A DNA stretch of 64,000 bases from Caulobacteraceae bacterium (lineage in GTDB: Bacteria > Pseudomonadota > Alphaproteobacteria > Caulobacterales > Caulobacteraceae), in contig DATBEN010000208.1 in NCBI GenBank assembly GCA_036276055.1, positions 174-64,173 on the forward strand, read 5' to 3'. Positions 34,089 to 45,322 of the stretch are shown piece by piece. The notes under the pieces are model-generated. The model did not search any database. It worked only from the letters and a program-made list of their open reading frames with translations, and had not been told where the DNA came from. A program made the position numbers and the translations under genes. How positions within the stretch are numbered: the first letter of the stretch is position 1; every line of letters starts with the position of its first letter.

Positions 34089-34809
34089 CCTCCCGCCGAT
34101 CGTCGCCTATGACGAGATTGATTCCACCAACCTCGAGGCCCGGCGTCGCGCCGACGCCGGGGAGACCGGACCGCTCTGGCTCACCGCTCTGTGGCAGACG
34201 GCGGGCAAGGGCCGCCGCGGCCGCACCTGGCGCAGCGGCTCGGGCAACCTCGCCGCCACGCTGCTGCTGACAACGTCGAAGCCGCCCCTAGAGGCGGCCC
34301 AGATCGCCTTCGTCGCCGCTCTCGCGGTCGCCGACCTCGCGGGGACCTATGCGCCGGTCTCAAAGGTGAGCCTGAAATGGCCCAACGACACCCTGCTCGT
34401 GGGGCGCAAGGTGTCGGGGATCCTGGTGGAGTCTGGCCCGTCGGCAGCAGGGCTGTGGCTGGCAGTCGGCATCGGGGTGAACCTCGCCGAGGCGCCCGAC
34501 GACGTGGAACGGCCCGCCACAGCGCTCGCCGATCATATGGATGGGCCGCCGCCGCGACCGGCCGAGGCCCTCGGGATCCTGGCCGGCGCCTTCGAGCGGT
34601 GGCGCGGCGTCTGGGAAGCCGCTGGGTTCGCTCCCATCGCGGAGGCCTGGACGGCGCGCGCCCATGGCCTTGGTCAGCCTTGTTCGGCGCGCCTGCCGGC
34701 GGAGACGATCGAGGGCGTGGCGGAGGGCCTCGACTTCGACGGCGCTCTGCGCCTGCGCCTGGCCGACGGATCTCTGCGCCGGATCACCGCCGGCGACGTC
34801 TTCTTCTAA
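34081..34809 (+). CDS. birA: Biotin--[acetyl-CoA carboxylase] ligase
   Basis: IDSTN, QTAGKGRRGRTW, LKWPND, KVSGIL, AGDV. Confidence 0.95.
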   Translation: MPDLPPIVAYDEIDSTNLEARRRADAGETGPLWLTALWQTAGKGRRGRTWRSGSGNLAATLLLTTSKPPLEAAQIAFVAALAVADLAGTYAPVSKVSLKWPNDTLLVGRKVSGILVESGPSAAGLWLAVGIGVNLAEAPDDVERPATALADHMDGPPPRPAEALGILAGAFERWRGVWEAAGFAPIAEAWTARAHGLGQPCSARLPAETIEGVAEGLDFDGALRLRLADGSLRRITAGDVFF

Positions 34810-34821
34810 GCCCGCGGACGG

Positions 34822-36420
34822 TTAAAGAAGGGCGGCCGCCTTCTGCAGGGCGATGAAGAGGCCGATGGCGAATGGAACACCCACCGCCAGCCAGGCCGCT
34901 ACGCCCACCAGGCCCAGACGCTCATCGCGCGCGGCGATGTCTGTGGCGCAGGTCGCCGGCGCCTCCGGCTCCGCCAGCTCCTCGAGACAGTGGGTGTCCG
35001 CCACCGGCCGCACGAGAAGGTTGCAGGCGAGGCCCACGAGCATCAGGACGGCCATGGCGTACAGCGTGACGTCGTAGACCTGCACCCTCGGCACGCCGGC
35101 GTGGAGTTGGGACTGGCGCAGGCTGGCGATAAACGCAGGGCCGATCACGGCCGCCACCGACCAGGCGGTGATCACCCGGCCATGGATCGCGCCCACGAAG
35201 CGCGTGCCGAAGATGTCGGCGAGGTAGGCGGGCAGGGTGGAGAACCCGCCGCCATAGACGGCGATGATCAGGCAAACGGCCCCGACGAAAGCCGCGGCGA
35301 GGCCCAGATGAGCCAGGCTCGGCAAACAGGCGTAAAGGCCCGCTCCAAGGACGAAGAAGATCGCATAAGTCCTCTTGCGCCCGATATGGTCCGAGGCCGA
35401 CGCCCAGAACAGCCGCCCCAGGCTGTTGAACAGGCTGATCAGCCCCACCAGTCCCGCCGCCGCCACGGCGACCTGCGCCCTCTGATCGGCGTCAAGCAGC
35501 GTCCCGCGGGGCAGTCCCACCAGCCGGCCCCCGAAGACATCCTGGAACATCGGGCTCGCCATCGAGATGAGGGCGAGCCCGGCGGTGACGTTGGCGCACA
35601 GCACGGCCCACAGCAGCCAGAACTGCGGCGTCTTCCAGGCCCGGCTGACATGCACGTGGCGGTGGGTGATCAGCGCGTGCAACTTCAGCGGCGCCGGGGC
35701 GGGCCGATCAGTAGGCAGGACGCGGAATCCGAAGGCGCCAAGGCTCATGGCGACGAAATAGACGCAGCCAAGGATGGCCAGGGCTGGGGCGATCCCGGGA
35801 GAATCCTCTCCAGAGAGGCGCGACATCAGCCACACCGCCAGGGGTGAACCGATCATCGCGCCGCCGCCATAGCCCATGATGGCGAAGCCGGTGGCCATGC
35901 CGCGCCGGTCCGGGAACCAGCGGATCAGGGTGGTCACGGGCGTGATGTAGCCAAGGCCCTGGCCGATTCCTCCGATCAGGCCGGCGCCCAGGAAAACCAG
36001 CCACAGCTGGTGGATCGCCACCCCGGCCGCGCCGATCAGAAGGCCGCCGCCCCAGCAGGCAGCCGCCACGAAACCGGACGCGCGCGGTCCCACCCGCTCC
36101 ACCCAGCCGCCGAACACAGCTGCGGACAGGCCGAGCACGGCGATGAAGGTTCCGAAGATGGGCGTGACCGCCGCGACGGTCCAATTGCAGTCGGTCGCGG
36201 TGAGTTCGGCGATGAAGCCCGTGTGGCAGGCCGGCGCGATCGGCAGGAGCCTGCCCATCGGCAGCCAGAAGACGCTGAAGCCGTAGGCCATGCCGATGGA
36301 AAGGTGGACCGCCAGCGCCGCTGGAGGCACGAGCCAGCGATTGAAGCCCGGCCGCGCGAGGATCCGCTCGCGGCTCAGCAGTCCGGCGCCCGCAGCGCCC
36401 TCGACCCAGGTCCAGGCCAT
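34822..36420 (-). CDS. MFS transporter, oxalate/formate antiporter (OFA)-like
   Basis: FNRWLVPPAALAVHLSIGMAYGFSVF, WFPDRRGMATG, PAYLADIFG. Confidence 0.88.
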   Translation of the reverse strand: MAWTWVEGAAGAGLLSRERILARPGFNRWLVPPAALAVHLSIGMAYGFSVFWLPMGRLLPIAPACHTGFIAELTATDCNWTVAAVTPIFGTFIAVLGLSAAVFGGWVERVGPRASGFVAAACWGGGLLIGAAGVAIHQLWLVFLGAGLIGGIGQGLGYITPVTTLIRWFPDRRGMATGFAIMGYGGGAMIGSPLAVWLMSRLSGEDSPGIAPALAILGCVYFVAMSLGAFGFRVLPTDRPAPAPLKLHALITHRHVHVSRAWKTPQFWLLWAVLCANVTAGLALISMASPMFQDVFGGRLVGLPRGTLLDADQRAQVAVAAAGLVGLISLFNSLGRLFWASASDHIGRKRTYAIFFVLGAGLYACLPSLAHLGLAAAFVGAVCLIIAVYGGGFSTLPAYLADIFGTRFVGAIHGRVITAWSVAAVIGPAFIASLRQSQLHAGVPRVQVYDVTLYAMAVLMLVGLACNLLVRPVADTHCLEELAEPEAPATCATDIAARDERLGLVGVAAWLAVGVPFAIGLFIALQKAAALL

Positions 36421-36821
36421 GAGCCGTCCTCCTGATGTCCGAAGCACAGATTGGCGACCGAAACGCCTCGTTTTCAAGATCGCGCTGGACCATCATCCGT
36501 GAAGCTTCGTGACGGGGGGATCGCTTCCATGGGAAGGCTGAGCTGGTTTGCGGCGTGTCTTGCCGCGACTTCGATGGCGGCCGCCGCGCCGCGCCGCGGA
36601 CGAGGCCGTGGCCGAAGCCGGACGATCGCTTGGCGAGGCCACGCAGATCACTCTCCTCACCCGCTCGGTCGTGGGCGGCGAAGCCAGCGTCACCGTCGCA
36701 GTCAGGGTTCGCGCTCGGTCCGTCGCGCTGAACGGCGCCCAGCGCCCTCGACGCCTGCGCTGCGCCCCTGCTAAGCAGCGCCGCCCCGCGGTGCGGCGTG
36801 GGCGGCGTTCAGGGATGCCCG

Positions 36822-37601
36822 ATGCTGCTTGCGATCGAACAGGGCAACACCAACACACTGTTCGCCGTGCATGACGGCGAGACGTGGACCGCCCAGTGGC
36901 GCGCGGCGACCGATCCGGCCCGCACCGCCGACGAATATGCGGTCTGGCTGGGCCAGCTGCTGCGGATGCGGGACCTGACGCTGGAGGGCCTCGACGCCTG
37001 CATCATCTCCAGCGTGGTGCCCCAATCGATCTTCAACCTCAGGAATCTGGCGCGTCGCTATCTCGGCGTCGAACCGATGATCATCGGCGAAAACGTCGAC
37101 CTTGGCATCGAAGTCAGGATCGAGAAGCCGTCGGAGGCAGGCGCCGACCGCCTGGTCAACGCCATCGGCGCCCACATCACCTATCCAGGCGCCCTGCTGA
37201 TCGTGGACTCCGGGACGGCCACGACCTTCGACGTGGTGGCCCCGGACGGGGCGTTCGAAGGTGGGGCGATCTCCCCGGGGATCAACCTCTCGCTCCAGGC
37301 CCTGCACGAGGCGGCCGCGCGCCTGCCGCGCATCGCCATCCAGCGTCCGCGCCGGGTGATCGGCAAGGAAACGGTGGAAGCCATGCAGTCGGGCATCTTC
37401 TGGGGCTACATCTCGCTCATCGAAGGACTGGTCGCACGCTTCAAGGCCGAGTACGGGGCCCCGATGACCGTCATTGGAACCGGAGGCGTGGCCTCCCTCT
37501 TCGCCGGCGCCACCACCGCCATCGACCACTTCAATCCCGACCTGACCATCCTGGGCCTGCTCGAAATCTTCCGCCGCAACGCCCATTTGCGCGGCCAATG
37601 A
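36822..37601 (+). CDS. coaX: Type III pantothenate kinase
   Basis: [32 protein letters not shown]. Confidence 0.95.
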   Translation: MLLAIEQGNTNTLFAVHDGETWTAQWRAATDPARTADEYAVWLGQLLRMRDLTLEGLDACIISSVVPQSIFNLRNLARRYLGVEPMIIGENVDLGIEVRIEKPSEAGADRLVNAIGAHITYPGALLIVDSGTATTFDVVAPDGAFEGGAISPGINLSLQALHEAAARLPRIAIQRPRRVIGKETVEAMQSGIFWGYISLIEGLVARFKAEYGAPMTVIGTGGVASLFAGATTAIDHFNPDLTILGLLEIFRRNAHLRGQ

Positions 37602-39286
37602 CATCTCCTCAAAGCGCTCCGGGCGACGAACTCGTGTTCCTCCCTCTCGGGGGGTCCAACGAAATCGGCATGAACTTCAATCTCTACGGCTATGGCCCGG
37701 CCCATAGCCGCAAGTGGATCGTCGTGGACCTTGGCGTGACCTTCGGCGACCAGACGACGCCGGGGGTCGAAATCATCCTGCCCGACCCGGATTTCATCGC
37801 CGACTACGCCAAGGACATCCTGGGGATCGTCCTCACCCATGCGCACGAAGATCATATCGGGGCGGTGGCGTGGCTGTGGCCGCGGCTCAAGGCGCCGCTG
37901 TACGCCACGCCGTTCACAGCCTTCCTTCTGCGCGAGAAGCTGAGGGAGGCCGACCTCCTCGACGAGGCGCCGATCACCGAGATTCCCCTCAGCGGCAGCT
38001 TCCGTCTTGGGCCCTTCGAGTTGACCCTGCTCACGCTGACCCACTCCATCCCTGAGCCCAACGGCGTGGCCATCCGCACGCCCCTGGGGACGGTGCTGCA
38101 CACCGGCGACTGGAAGATCGACCCCGACCCTCTCACTGGTCCGGTCACCGACGTTGAAGCCATCCGGCGCCTCGGCGACGAGGGGGTCTTGGCGATGGTC
38201 TGTGACAGCACCAACGTTTTCGTGGACGGAGAGGCGGGGTCCGAAGCGCATGTGCGCGAGACCCTTACGCCCCTGATCTCCGGCTTGCAGGGCGGGTTGG
38301 CGGCGGCCTGCTTCGCCTCCAATGTCGCGCGCATGGACACCATCATCCGCGCCGCCGAGGCGGCGGGGCGGCGGGTGTGCCTGGTTGGACGCTCGATGAT
38401 CCGAATGTCGCAGGCCGCGCGCTCGGTGGGGCTGCTGGAGGGGACCGGTCCCTTCCTCGACGACGTGCGGGCGAAGGACTTCCCCAAGGAGCAGGTGCTG
38501 TACCTGTGCACCGGCAGCCAGGGTGAGCCCCGCGCGGCCCTGGCGCGGATCGCAGACGGCAGTCATCCCCACGTGAAGCTGGGCAAGGGCGACGCCGCCA
38601 TCTTCTCCTCGAGGGTCATTCCCGGAAACGAGATCCCGATCCGGAACATGCAGAACAAGCTCGCCGACCTGGGAGTGCGGCTCTACACCGAGCGCGACCA
38701 TCCGGGGATCCACGTCTCAGGCCACCCCTGCCGGGACGAGCTGAAACGCATGTACCAGTGGGCCCGGCCGGCCATCGCCATTCCCACCCACGGCGAGCGC
38801 CGGCATCTGTTGGAGCATGCGGCCCTGGCGCGTGACCTGCAGATCTCCCAGGCGGTGGCGCCGCGCAACGGCGACATGGTGCGCCTCGCGCCGGGCGAGG
38901 CCGAGATCATCGACGAGGTGCCGGCTGGCCGCCTCTATGTCGACGCGGGCGTGGTGACGCCCGAGCACGGCGAGGCCCTGCGGGAGCGCCGGCACGTGTC
39001 CTTCAACGGCATGCTGGCGGTGAGCCTGGCGCTGGACGGCCGCAGCCGCCTGGCCTCGGGCCCGCAGGTGCGCGCGATCGGCCTGCCGGCGGACGAGGAC
39101 TACACGCTGGAGGAGGCGACCGAAGATCTGGCGGAGGCCGCAAAAGACGCCGTGTTCAGCCTCTCGGCCGACGGCCGCGACGACGACGCGGCGGTGGAGG
39201 CTGCGATCTCCCGGGCGCTGAAGAAGGCGGCCTTCCGCATCTGGAAGCGCCGGCCGGTGGTGGAGGCGACGGTCCTTCGGGTGTAA
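37598..39286 (+). CDS. rnj: Ribonuclease J
   Basis: [44 protein letters not shown]. Confidence 0.95.
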   Translation: MTSPQSAPGDELVFLPLGGSNEIGMNFNLYGYGPAHSRKWIVVDLGVTFGDQTTPGVEIILPDPDFIADYAKDILGIVLTHAHEDHIGAVAWLWPRLKAPLYATPFTAFLLREKLREADLLDEAPITEIPLSGSFRLGPFELTLLTLTHSIPEPNGVAIRTPLGTVLHTGDWKIDPDPLTGPVTDVEAIRRLGDEGVLAMVCDSTNVFVDGEAGSEAHVRETLTPLISGLQGGLAAACFASNVARMDTIIRAAEAAGRRVCLVGRSMIRMSQAARSVGLLEGTGPFLDDVRAKDFPKEQVLYLCTGSQGEPRAALARIADGSHPHVKLGKGDAAIFSSRVIPGNEIPIRNMQNKLADLGVRLYTERDHPGIHVSGHPCRDELKRMYQWARPAIAIPTHGERRHLLEHAALARDLQISQAVAPRNGDMVRLAPGEAEIIDEVPAGRLYVDAGVVTPEHGEALRERRHVSFNGMLAVSLALDGRSRLASGPQVRAIGLPADEDYTLEEATEDLAEAAKDAVFSLSADGRDDDAAVEAAISRALKKAAFRIWKRRPVVEATVLRV

Positions 39287-39318
39287 CGCCCCGCCTCGAA
39301 CCGTTCGGAGGAACCGGC

Positions 39319-39735
39319 ATGATCGGCAAGCTCAACCACGTGGGGATCGCCACGCCCTCCATCGAGGACTCCTGGCGGCTCTATCGCGATGTCCTGGGCG
39401 CCACCCGCGTGACGGAAAAGCGCGCCCTGCCCGAGCAGGGGGTGTGGGTCTCGTTCGTCGACCTGCCCAACGCCCAGATCGAGCTGATCGAACCGCTGGG
39501 CGAGGACTCTCCGATCCATGGTTTCCTGGCCAAGAACCCCCGCGGCGGCCAGCATCACGTCTGCTTCGAAGTCCCGGATATCCTCGCCGCCCGCGACGAG
39601 ATGCGCGCCAAGGGCGCCACCGTCCTTGGAACCGGCGAGCCCCGCATCGGCGCCCACGGCGTCCCGGTCATCTTCCTTCACCCCAAGGACATGGGCGGTG
39701 TGCTGGTCGAGCTGATGGCCGAGCCGGCGCACTAG
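39319..39735 (+). CDS. mce: Methylmalonyl-CoA epimerase
   Basis: MIGKLNHVGIA, GGQHHVCFEV, FLHPKDMGGVLVEL; conserved position after rnj. Confidence 0.92.
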   Translation: MIGKLNHVGIATPSIEDSWRLYRDVLGATRVTEKRALPEQGVWVSFVDLPNAQIELIEPLGEDSPIHGFLAKNPRGGQHHVCFEVPDILAARDEMRAKGATVLGTGEPRIGAHGVPVIFLHPKDMGGVLVELMAEPAH

Positions 39736-39873
39736 GGATCCTCGGGGCGCCTCGCGCGCCTCCGCTGTGCCGTTACACCTGACTGGCCGTCGCCGGCTCA
39801 GTCGGATAGGAACGGGCGATCGTATGCGATCCGGAAGGCGACGCCCCGCCGGATCGCGCGCCGAGGTGTCGAG

Positions 39874-40134
39874 ATGAGCATCGAGTTCTGCATCGCGGTC
39901 TATTTCACCATCTGGTGGACCACCCTGTTCGCCGTCCTGCCGCTGGGCGCGCGCAGCCACGCCGAGATGGGCATCCCCGTCCCGGGCGGGGGCGATCCGG
40001 CCTCACCGGTCAATCCGAACCTGAAGCGCAAGTTCATCACCACGACCTGGGTGTCGGCGATCCTGTTCGCGATCTTCTGGGTGATCGTGGAATTCCACCT
40101 GATCACCCTGCCGGGCTTCGCCCACCCGACCTGA
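39874..40134 (+). CDS. DUF1467 family membrane protein
   Basis: YFTIWWTTLFAVLPLG...PGGGDPASP; conserved position before proS. Confidence 0.85.
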   Translation: MSIEFCIAVYFTIWWTTLFAVLPLGARSHAEMGIPVPGGGDPASPVNPNLKRKFITTTWVSAILFAIFWVIVEFHLITLPGFAHPT

Positions 40135-40188
40135 CGGCGCGCCGCGCCGCCCGCCGACACATCGATAAAGGAAGGTTCAAGAAGGCCT

Positions 40189-41508
40189 ATGCGCCTGTCG
40201 CGCTATTTTCTGCCCCTGCTCAAGGAGACCCCCGCCGAGGCGCAGATCGTCTCTCACCGGCTGATGCTGCGTGCCGGGATGCTGCGCCAGGAGGCCGCCG
40301 GCATCTACGCCTGGCTGCCGCTGGGCCATCGCGTGCTGCGCAAGGTCGAGCAGATCGTGCGCGAGGAGATGGATCGCGCCGGCGCCGTCGAGCTGCTGAT
40401 GCCGACGCTGCAGCTCGCCGACCTGTGGCGCGAGAGCGGGCGCTACGACGACTACGGGGCGGAGATGCTGCGGATCACCGACCGGCACGAGCGCGAGCTC
40501 CTCTATGGCCCGACCAACGAGGAGATGGTCACCGAGATCTTCCGGGCCTACGTCCGGTCCTACAAGGCGCTTCCGAAGAACCTCTACCACATCCAGTGGA
40601 AGTTCCGGGACGAGCAGCGGCCGCGCTTTGGCGTCATGCGCGGGCGAGAGTTCCTGATGAAGGACGCCTATTCGTTCGACCTCGACGAGGCGGCGGGCAA
40701 GGCGGCCTACAACCGGATGTTCGTGGCCTATCTTCGCCTCTTCAAGCGCATGGGCCTTTCGGCGATCCCGATGAAGGCCGAGACTGGCCCCATCGGCGGC
40801 GATCTCAGCCATGAGTTCATCGTCCTGGCCCAGACTGGCGAGTCGCAGGTCTTCCTCGACCGCCGCATGCTCGACCTGGCGGTTCCCGGCGCGGACGTGG
40901 ATTACGATGGCGATCTCGAGCCAATCGTGGGCGACTGGACCCGACTGTACGCCGCTACCGAGGATGTCCACGACGCCGAGCGCTACGACCGGGAGACGCC
41001 GGAGCCGCATCGGATCACCGCGCGCGGCATCGAAGTCGGCCAGACCTTCTTCTTCGGCGACAAGTATTCGAAGCCGATGAAGGCCGTGGTCAGCGGCCCC
41101 GACGGCGTCGAGCGGCCGGTGCAGATGGGCAGCTACGGCGTGGGCGTCTCGCGTCTCCTCGGCGCGATCATCGAGGCCAGCCACGACGAGGCGGGGATCA
41201 TCTGGCCCGATCCGGTGGCGCCGTTCGGCGTGGGGATCGTCAATCTGCGTCCCGGGGACGTGGCGACCGATCAGGCGTGCGAGGAGGCCTATGCCGTCCT
41301 CACGGAGGCGGGCATAGAGCCGCTGCTGGACGACACCGACGAGCGTCCTGGAGGCAAGTTCGCCGCAATGGACCTCATTGGCTTGCCCTGGCAGCTGATC
41401 ATCGGCCCGCGCGGCCTGGCCGAAGGCAAGGTCGAGGTGAAGCGCCGCGCCACCGGCGAGCGCCACACCCTGCCGCTCGCCGAGGCGCTCTCGATGGTTG
41501 GAGCCTGA
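40189..41508 (+). CDS. proS: Proline--tRNA ligase (short alphaproteobacterial type)
   Basis: [39 protein letters not shown]. Confidence 0.98.
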   Translation: MRLSRYFLPLLKETPAEAQIVSHRLMLRAGMLRQEAAGIYAWLPLGHRVLRKVEQIVREEMDRAGAVELLMPTLQLADLWRESGRYDDYGAEMLRITDRHERELLYGPTNEEMVTEIFRAYVRSYKALPKNLYHIQWKFRDEQRPRFGVMRGREFLMKDAYSFDLDEAAGKAAYNRMFVAYLRLFKRMGLSAIPMKAETGPIGGDLSHEFIVLAQTGESQVFLDRRMLDLAVPGADVDYDGDLEPIVGDWTRLYAATEDVHDAERYDRETPEPHRITARGIEVGQTFFFGDKYSKPMKAVVSGPDGVERPVQMGSYGVGVSRLLGAIIEASHDEAGIIWPDPVAPFGVGIVNLRPGDVATDQACEEAYAVLTEAGIEPLLDDTDERPGGKFAAMDLIGLPWQLIIGPRGLAEGKVEVKRRATGERHTLPLAEALSMVGA

Positions 41509-41519
41509 CGACGCCACAG

Positions 41520-42785
41520 ATGTCGGCTCCATTCGGCGGATGGGAGCGCGCGATCGCCATCCGCTACCTCTTCGCCAAGCGAAGCCATGGCGGCGTCGCG
41601 CTGATCTCGGTGATCTCCTTCTCTGCCATCGCCCTGGCCGTCGCCGCGCTCGTGATCACCATGTCGATCATGAACGGCTTTCGCACGGAGCTCACCGGCA
41701 AGATCCTCGGCTTCAACGGCCACGCCTTCGTCGTGGGCGGGGCCATGAGCCCAGAGCAGCGCGACGCCATGGTGCAGCGCATCCGGCGGGTTCCCGGCGT
41801 GATCCAGGCGATCCCGGTGATCGAATCCCAGGTCCTGGCCCAGGGGCCGGTCGCGGTCTCGGGCGCGGTCGTGCGCGGGGTGACGCCGGAGGACCTGCGC
41901 GCCACGCCGATCATCGTCCACAACATCAAGTCCGGATCGATCAGCGGATTTGGCGCCGGCGAGGACGGGGGCGATCTCGTCCTGGTGGGCGACAAGCTCG
42001 CCGAGACGCTCGGGGTCAGGGTGGGCGATCCGATCTCGCTGATTTCGCCCACCGGCGGGGAGACGGTGTTCGGCGATCTTCCGCCGGCCAAGAGCTACAC
42101 CGTGGGCGGGATCTTCTCGGTGGGCATGAGCGAGTATGACCAGAGCTTCATCTACATGCCGCTCGCCCAGTCGCAGCTCTTCTTCGGCCGGGGGGAGGCG
42201 GTGGATTTCATCGAGGTGCGCCTCGCGGATCCGGACAAGGCCCCGGCGATGAAGGGCGCCCTGGCGGCGGCCGCCGGTCCGGGCGCCGTGGTCACCGACT
42301 GGACCGAGCGCAATCGCGCCTATTTCGGCGCCCTTCAGGTCGAGCGCAGCGTGATGCGGATGATCTTCCTCTTCATCGTCGCCCTGGCGGCCCTGAACAT
42401 CATCTCGGGCCTGGTCATGCTGGTGAAGAACAAGGGGCGCGACATCGCCATCCTGCGCACCATGGGGGCCGGCCAGGGGGCGATCCTGCGCATCTTCTTC
42501 ATGGCCGGCGCCAGCATCGGCCTGGCCGGCACCGTCGCGGGCCTGCTGTTCGGCGTCGTTTTCTGCCTGAACATCGAGACGATCCAGCGCTTCATCGAGT
42601 GGGTCACCGGCGTCCAGGTGTTCAATTCGGACGTCTACTTCCTCGCCCACGTGCCCGAGCGGATCGACTGGTGGGAGGTCGCAGGCGTGACTGCGTGGGC
42701 CCTGGGCGCCTCGTTCCTATTCACCCTCCTCCCGGCCTGGCGGGCCTCCCGCCTCGATCCTGTCGAGGCCCTCCGATATGAGTGA
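41520..42785 (+). CDS. lolE: Lipoprotein-releasing ABC transporter permease (LolC/E)
   Basis: [39 protein letters not shown]. Confidence 0.92.
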   Translation: MSAPFGGWERAIAIRYLFAKRSHGGVALISVISFSAIALAVAALVITMSIMNGFRTELTGKILGFNGHAFVVGGAMSPEQRDAMVQRIRRVPGVIQAIPVIESQVLAQGPVAVSGAVVRGVTPEDLRATPIIVHNIKSGSISGFGAGEDGGDLVLVGDKLAETLGVRVGDPISLISPTGGETVFGDLPPAKSYTVGGIFSVGMSEYDQSFIYMPLAQSQLFFGRGEAVDFIEVRLADPDKAPAMKGALAAAAGPGAVVTDWTERNRAYFGALQVERSVMRMIFLFIVALAALNIISGLVMLVKNKGRDIAILRTMGAGQGAILRIFFMAGASIGLAGTVAGLLFGVVFCLNIETIQRFIEWVTGVQVFNSDVYFLAHVPERIDWWEVAGVTAWALGASFLFTLLPAWRASRLDPVEALRYE

Positions 42786-43461
42786 GCCGGTCCTTCACGT
42801 CCGAGGCCTCTGCCGGACCTACCAGACCGGCCAGGGGCCGCTGGAAGTCCTTCGCGGCGCCGATCTCGAGGTGAGTGCGGGTGAGGTGGTCGGCCTCGTG
42901 GGTCCGTCCGGCTCGGGCAAGTCGTCGCTGCTGCACGCCGCGGGTCTGCTCGAGCATCCCACCGCCGGCGAGATCCGGATCGAAGGGCGCGACTGCGGCG
43001 AGCTTGGCGACAAGGCCCGCACGCGCATCCGCCTGCAGACGATCGGCTTCGTCTACCAGTTCCACCACCTGCTGCCCGAGTTCAGCGCCCTGGACAACGT
43101 CGCCATGCCGATGCTGATGGCCGGGGCGCGCCGGCGCGACGCCCTGGCCCGCGCCCGGAGCCTGCTCAGCGATCTGGGGCTGGCTCAGCGGCTCGACCAC
43201 CAGCCGGCCCAGCTCTCGGGCGGCGAGCAGCAGCGGGTCGCCGTCGCGCGGGCGCTCGCCAATTCCCCCCGCCTGCTGCTGGCCGACGAGCCGACCGGCA
43301 ATCTCGACCCGTCGACCTCCGGCTCCGTGTTCCAGAGCCTCCACGACCTCGTGCGGCGCACCGGCGTGGCGGCCCTGATCGCCACCCACAACCTCACCAT
43401 GGTCCGCCACATGGACCGCGTCCTCACCCTCCGCGGCGGCCGCCTGGTCCAGATCGCCTGA
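42778..43461 (+). CDS. lolD: Lipoprotein-releasing ABC transporter ATPase
   Basis: [35 protein letters not shown]. Confidence 0.95.
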   Translation: MSEPVLHVRGLCRTYQTGQGPLEVLRGADLEVSAGEVVGLVGPSGSGKSSLLHAAGLLEHPTAGEIRIEGRDCGELGDKARTRIRLQTIGFVYQFHHLLPEFSALDNVAMPMLMAGARRRDALARARSLLSDLGLAQRLDHQPAQLSGGEQQRVAVARALANSPRLLLADEPTGNLDPSTSGSVFQSLHDLVRRTGVAALIATHNLTMVRHMDRVLTLRGGRLVQIA

Positions 43462-43602
43462 GCGTCGGCGCCCGGCGCGCGCGGGCTTCGCCTACGGATT
43501 GAGCGGAACCGGGACTTGACCTAACCTTCTGCCCACTGCGCTTCCGGCCTGAGCAGAGAGCCGTTAGGCCGGGGCCGGACCCGGTCCGGAGGGGGGACAG
43601 CC

Positions 43603-44751
43603 ATGCCGCGCATCACCAGCCAGGCCGCCATCGCCGTTCTGTTGGGCCTCGCCGCCGCAGCGCAGGCCCAGACGCCGGCGACCCCCGTCATGCCCGAGGT
43701 CAGCGACGTGGCGACCCTGCCGCCCGCCGGCCCGCACCGCCTGTGGATCGAGGATGCCTTCAGCGGCGCCGCCCAGGTCATCGACGGCGACACCGGCGCC
43801 CTGAAGGCGACGATTCCCGGAGCCAGCCTCTCGAGCTACGCCGCCGGTCCCGACCAGCGGATGGTCTATGTGGCCGAGAGCATCTGGACCCTGGGCAACC
43901 GCGGGCAGCGGCAGGACATGGTCAGCGTTTATGATGGCCTGACGCTGAAGCTGCAGACCGAAATCCCGATCCCCAGCCGCGCCTACGTCGCCTCCGATGG
44001 TCAGGTGTTCGCCCTCAATCACGAAGGGACCCGGGCCTACGTCTACAGCATGCAGCCGGCCTCGGGCGTGGTCGTGATCGACCTTGCCTTGCACAAGGTG
44101 CTGAGGACGGTCGACACCCCCGGCTGCGCCCTGGCCTTTCCCTGGGGGTCGGATGGCTTCTCGGCGCTGTGTGGCGATGGCTCCCTGGCGACGGTAACCA
44201 CCGGGGAGAAGCCCTCGGTGACCCGCAGCGCCGCCTTCTTCGACGCAGAACGCGATCCGGTCTTCGAGCAAAGCCCCACGAATGGCGCCACGGGCCGGAC
44301 CTTCTTCGTCACCTATTCGGGCGCCGTGCACCCGGTGGACCTGGGACCCACGCCGCGGTTCGAACCATCCTGGTCCCTGCAGGCCGCCGCGGGACTGCAA
44401 CCGGCCGGCGTCGAGAACGGCGAGCTCGCCTGGAGGCCGGGCGGCTACGCGCCGATGGCCCTGCACCGCGCGAGTGGACGCCTCTTCGTGCTCATGCATG
44501 CGGGCGAACACTGGACGCAGAAGAAGTCGGGGGAGGAGCTTTGGATGGTCGATACGGCCGCGCACAAGGTGCTGCGCCGCCTCCCGCTGAAGGATCCGTG
44601 CATCGGCGTGGCGGTCAGCCAGGACGATCACGCCCAGGTCTATCTGATGGACGAGAAGGGCAACCTCTCCATTCGCGACGCCCAGACTCTCGACGAGCTG
44701 CGGTCGGTGGAAGACGTCGGCCGCGGCATCCCCGTCTCGCCGGCGCTCTGA
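43603..44751 (+). CDS. mauB: TTQ amine dehydrogenase large subunit (MauB/AauB-like beta-propeller)
   Basis: Signal peptide; RGQRQDMV, PASGVVVIDL, TPGC, CGDG, WRPGG, LFVLMH; first gene of a mauBEDA-order cluster. Confidence 0.88.
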   Translation: MPRITSQAAIAVLLGLAAAAQAQTPATPVMPEVSDVATLPPAGPHRLWIEDAFSGAAQVIDGDTGALKATIPGASLSSYAAGPDQRMVYVAESIWTLGNRGQRQDMVSVYDGLTLKLQTEIPIPSRAYVASDGQVFALNHEGTRAYVYSMQPASGVVVIDLALHKVLRTVDTPGCALAFPWGSDGFSALCGDGSLATVTTGEKPSVTRSAAFFDAERDPVFEQSPTNGATGRTFFVTYSGAVHPVDLGPTPRFEPSWSLQAAAGLQPAGVENGELAWRPGGYAPMALHRASGRLFVLMHAGEHWTQKKSGEELWMVDTAAHKVLRRLPLKDPCIGVAVSQDDHAQVYLMDEKGNLSIRDAQTLDELRSVEDVGRGIPVSPAL

Positions 44752-44755
44752 GCCG

Positions 44756-45322
44756 ATGGCGGGGCCGCTCCTCTTCGCGTTCGAGGCCGCCGCCGACCTC
44801 ACCGGCGCACTCCTGTTCGCCCGCGCCGCCGCGTTCAAGCTGCGGGACGTGGAGGCGTTCGCGGACACCCTGGCTGCCTACCGCATCCTTCCGATCAACC
44901 TGGTCGAGCCTGCCGCGCGGGTCCTGCCGGCGCTCGAGGTCGCCTGCGCCCTGGCCCTCCTGACGCCTTGGACACGTACGGCCGGCGAGTTTGGCGCCGT
45001 AGGCCTGCTGGCTGTCTTCGCCCTCGCCATGGCCGTGAACCTGATGCGCGGCCGGCGGGACATCGACTGCGGCTGTGGCGATCCCTCCCGGCGTCAGCCG
45101 CTCGCCTGGAGCCTCGTCGCGCGCAATCTCCTCTTCGCCACAGCGATGGGCGCCTGCGCGTTCGCGCCGGCGGGATCGCCCGGCCTCGGCGGCTGGCTCA
45201 TCGCCGGCGCGGCGGCGGCCGGGCTGATGCTCCTGCTGCTCTGTCATGAGGCGTTTTCCGCTCTGCCCGGCCGCAATGGGCGCGCGGCGCCGCCGCTGCT
45301 GCGCATGGGAGATTCCGCGTGA
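44756..45322 (+). CDS. mauE: MauE/DoxX-family membrane maturation protein
   Basis: KLRD, YRILP, NLMRGRRDIDCGCG, LVARN. Confidence 0.88.
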   Translation: MAGPLLFAFEAAADLTGALLFARAAAFKLRDVEAFADTLAAYRILPINLVEPAARVLPALEVACALALLTPWTRTAGEFGAVGLLAVFALAMAVNLMRGRRDIDCGCGDPSRRQPLAWSLVARNLLFATAMGACAFAPAGSPGLGGWLIAGAAAAGLMLLLLCHEAFSALPGRNGRAAPPLLRMGDSA

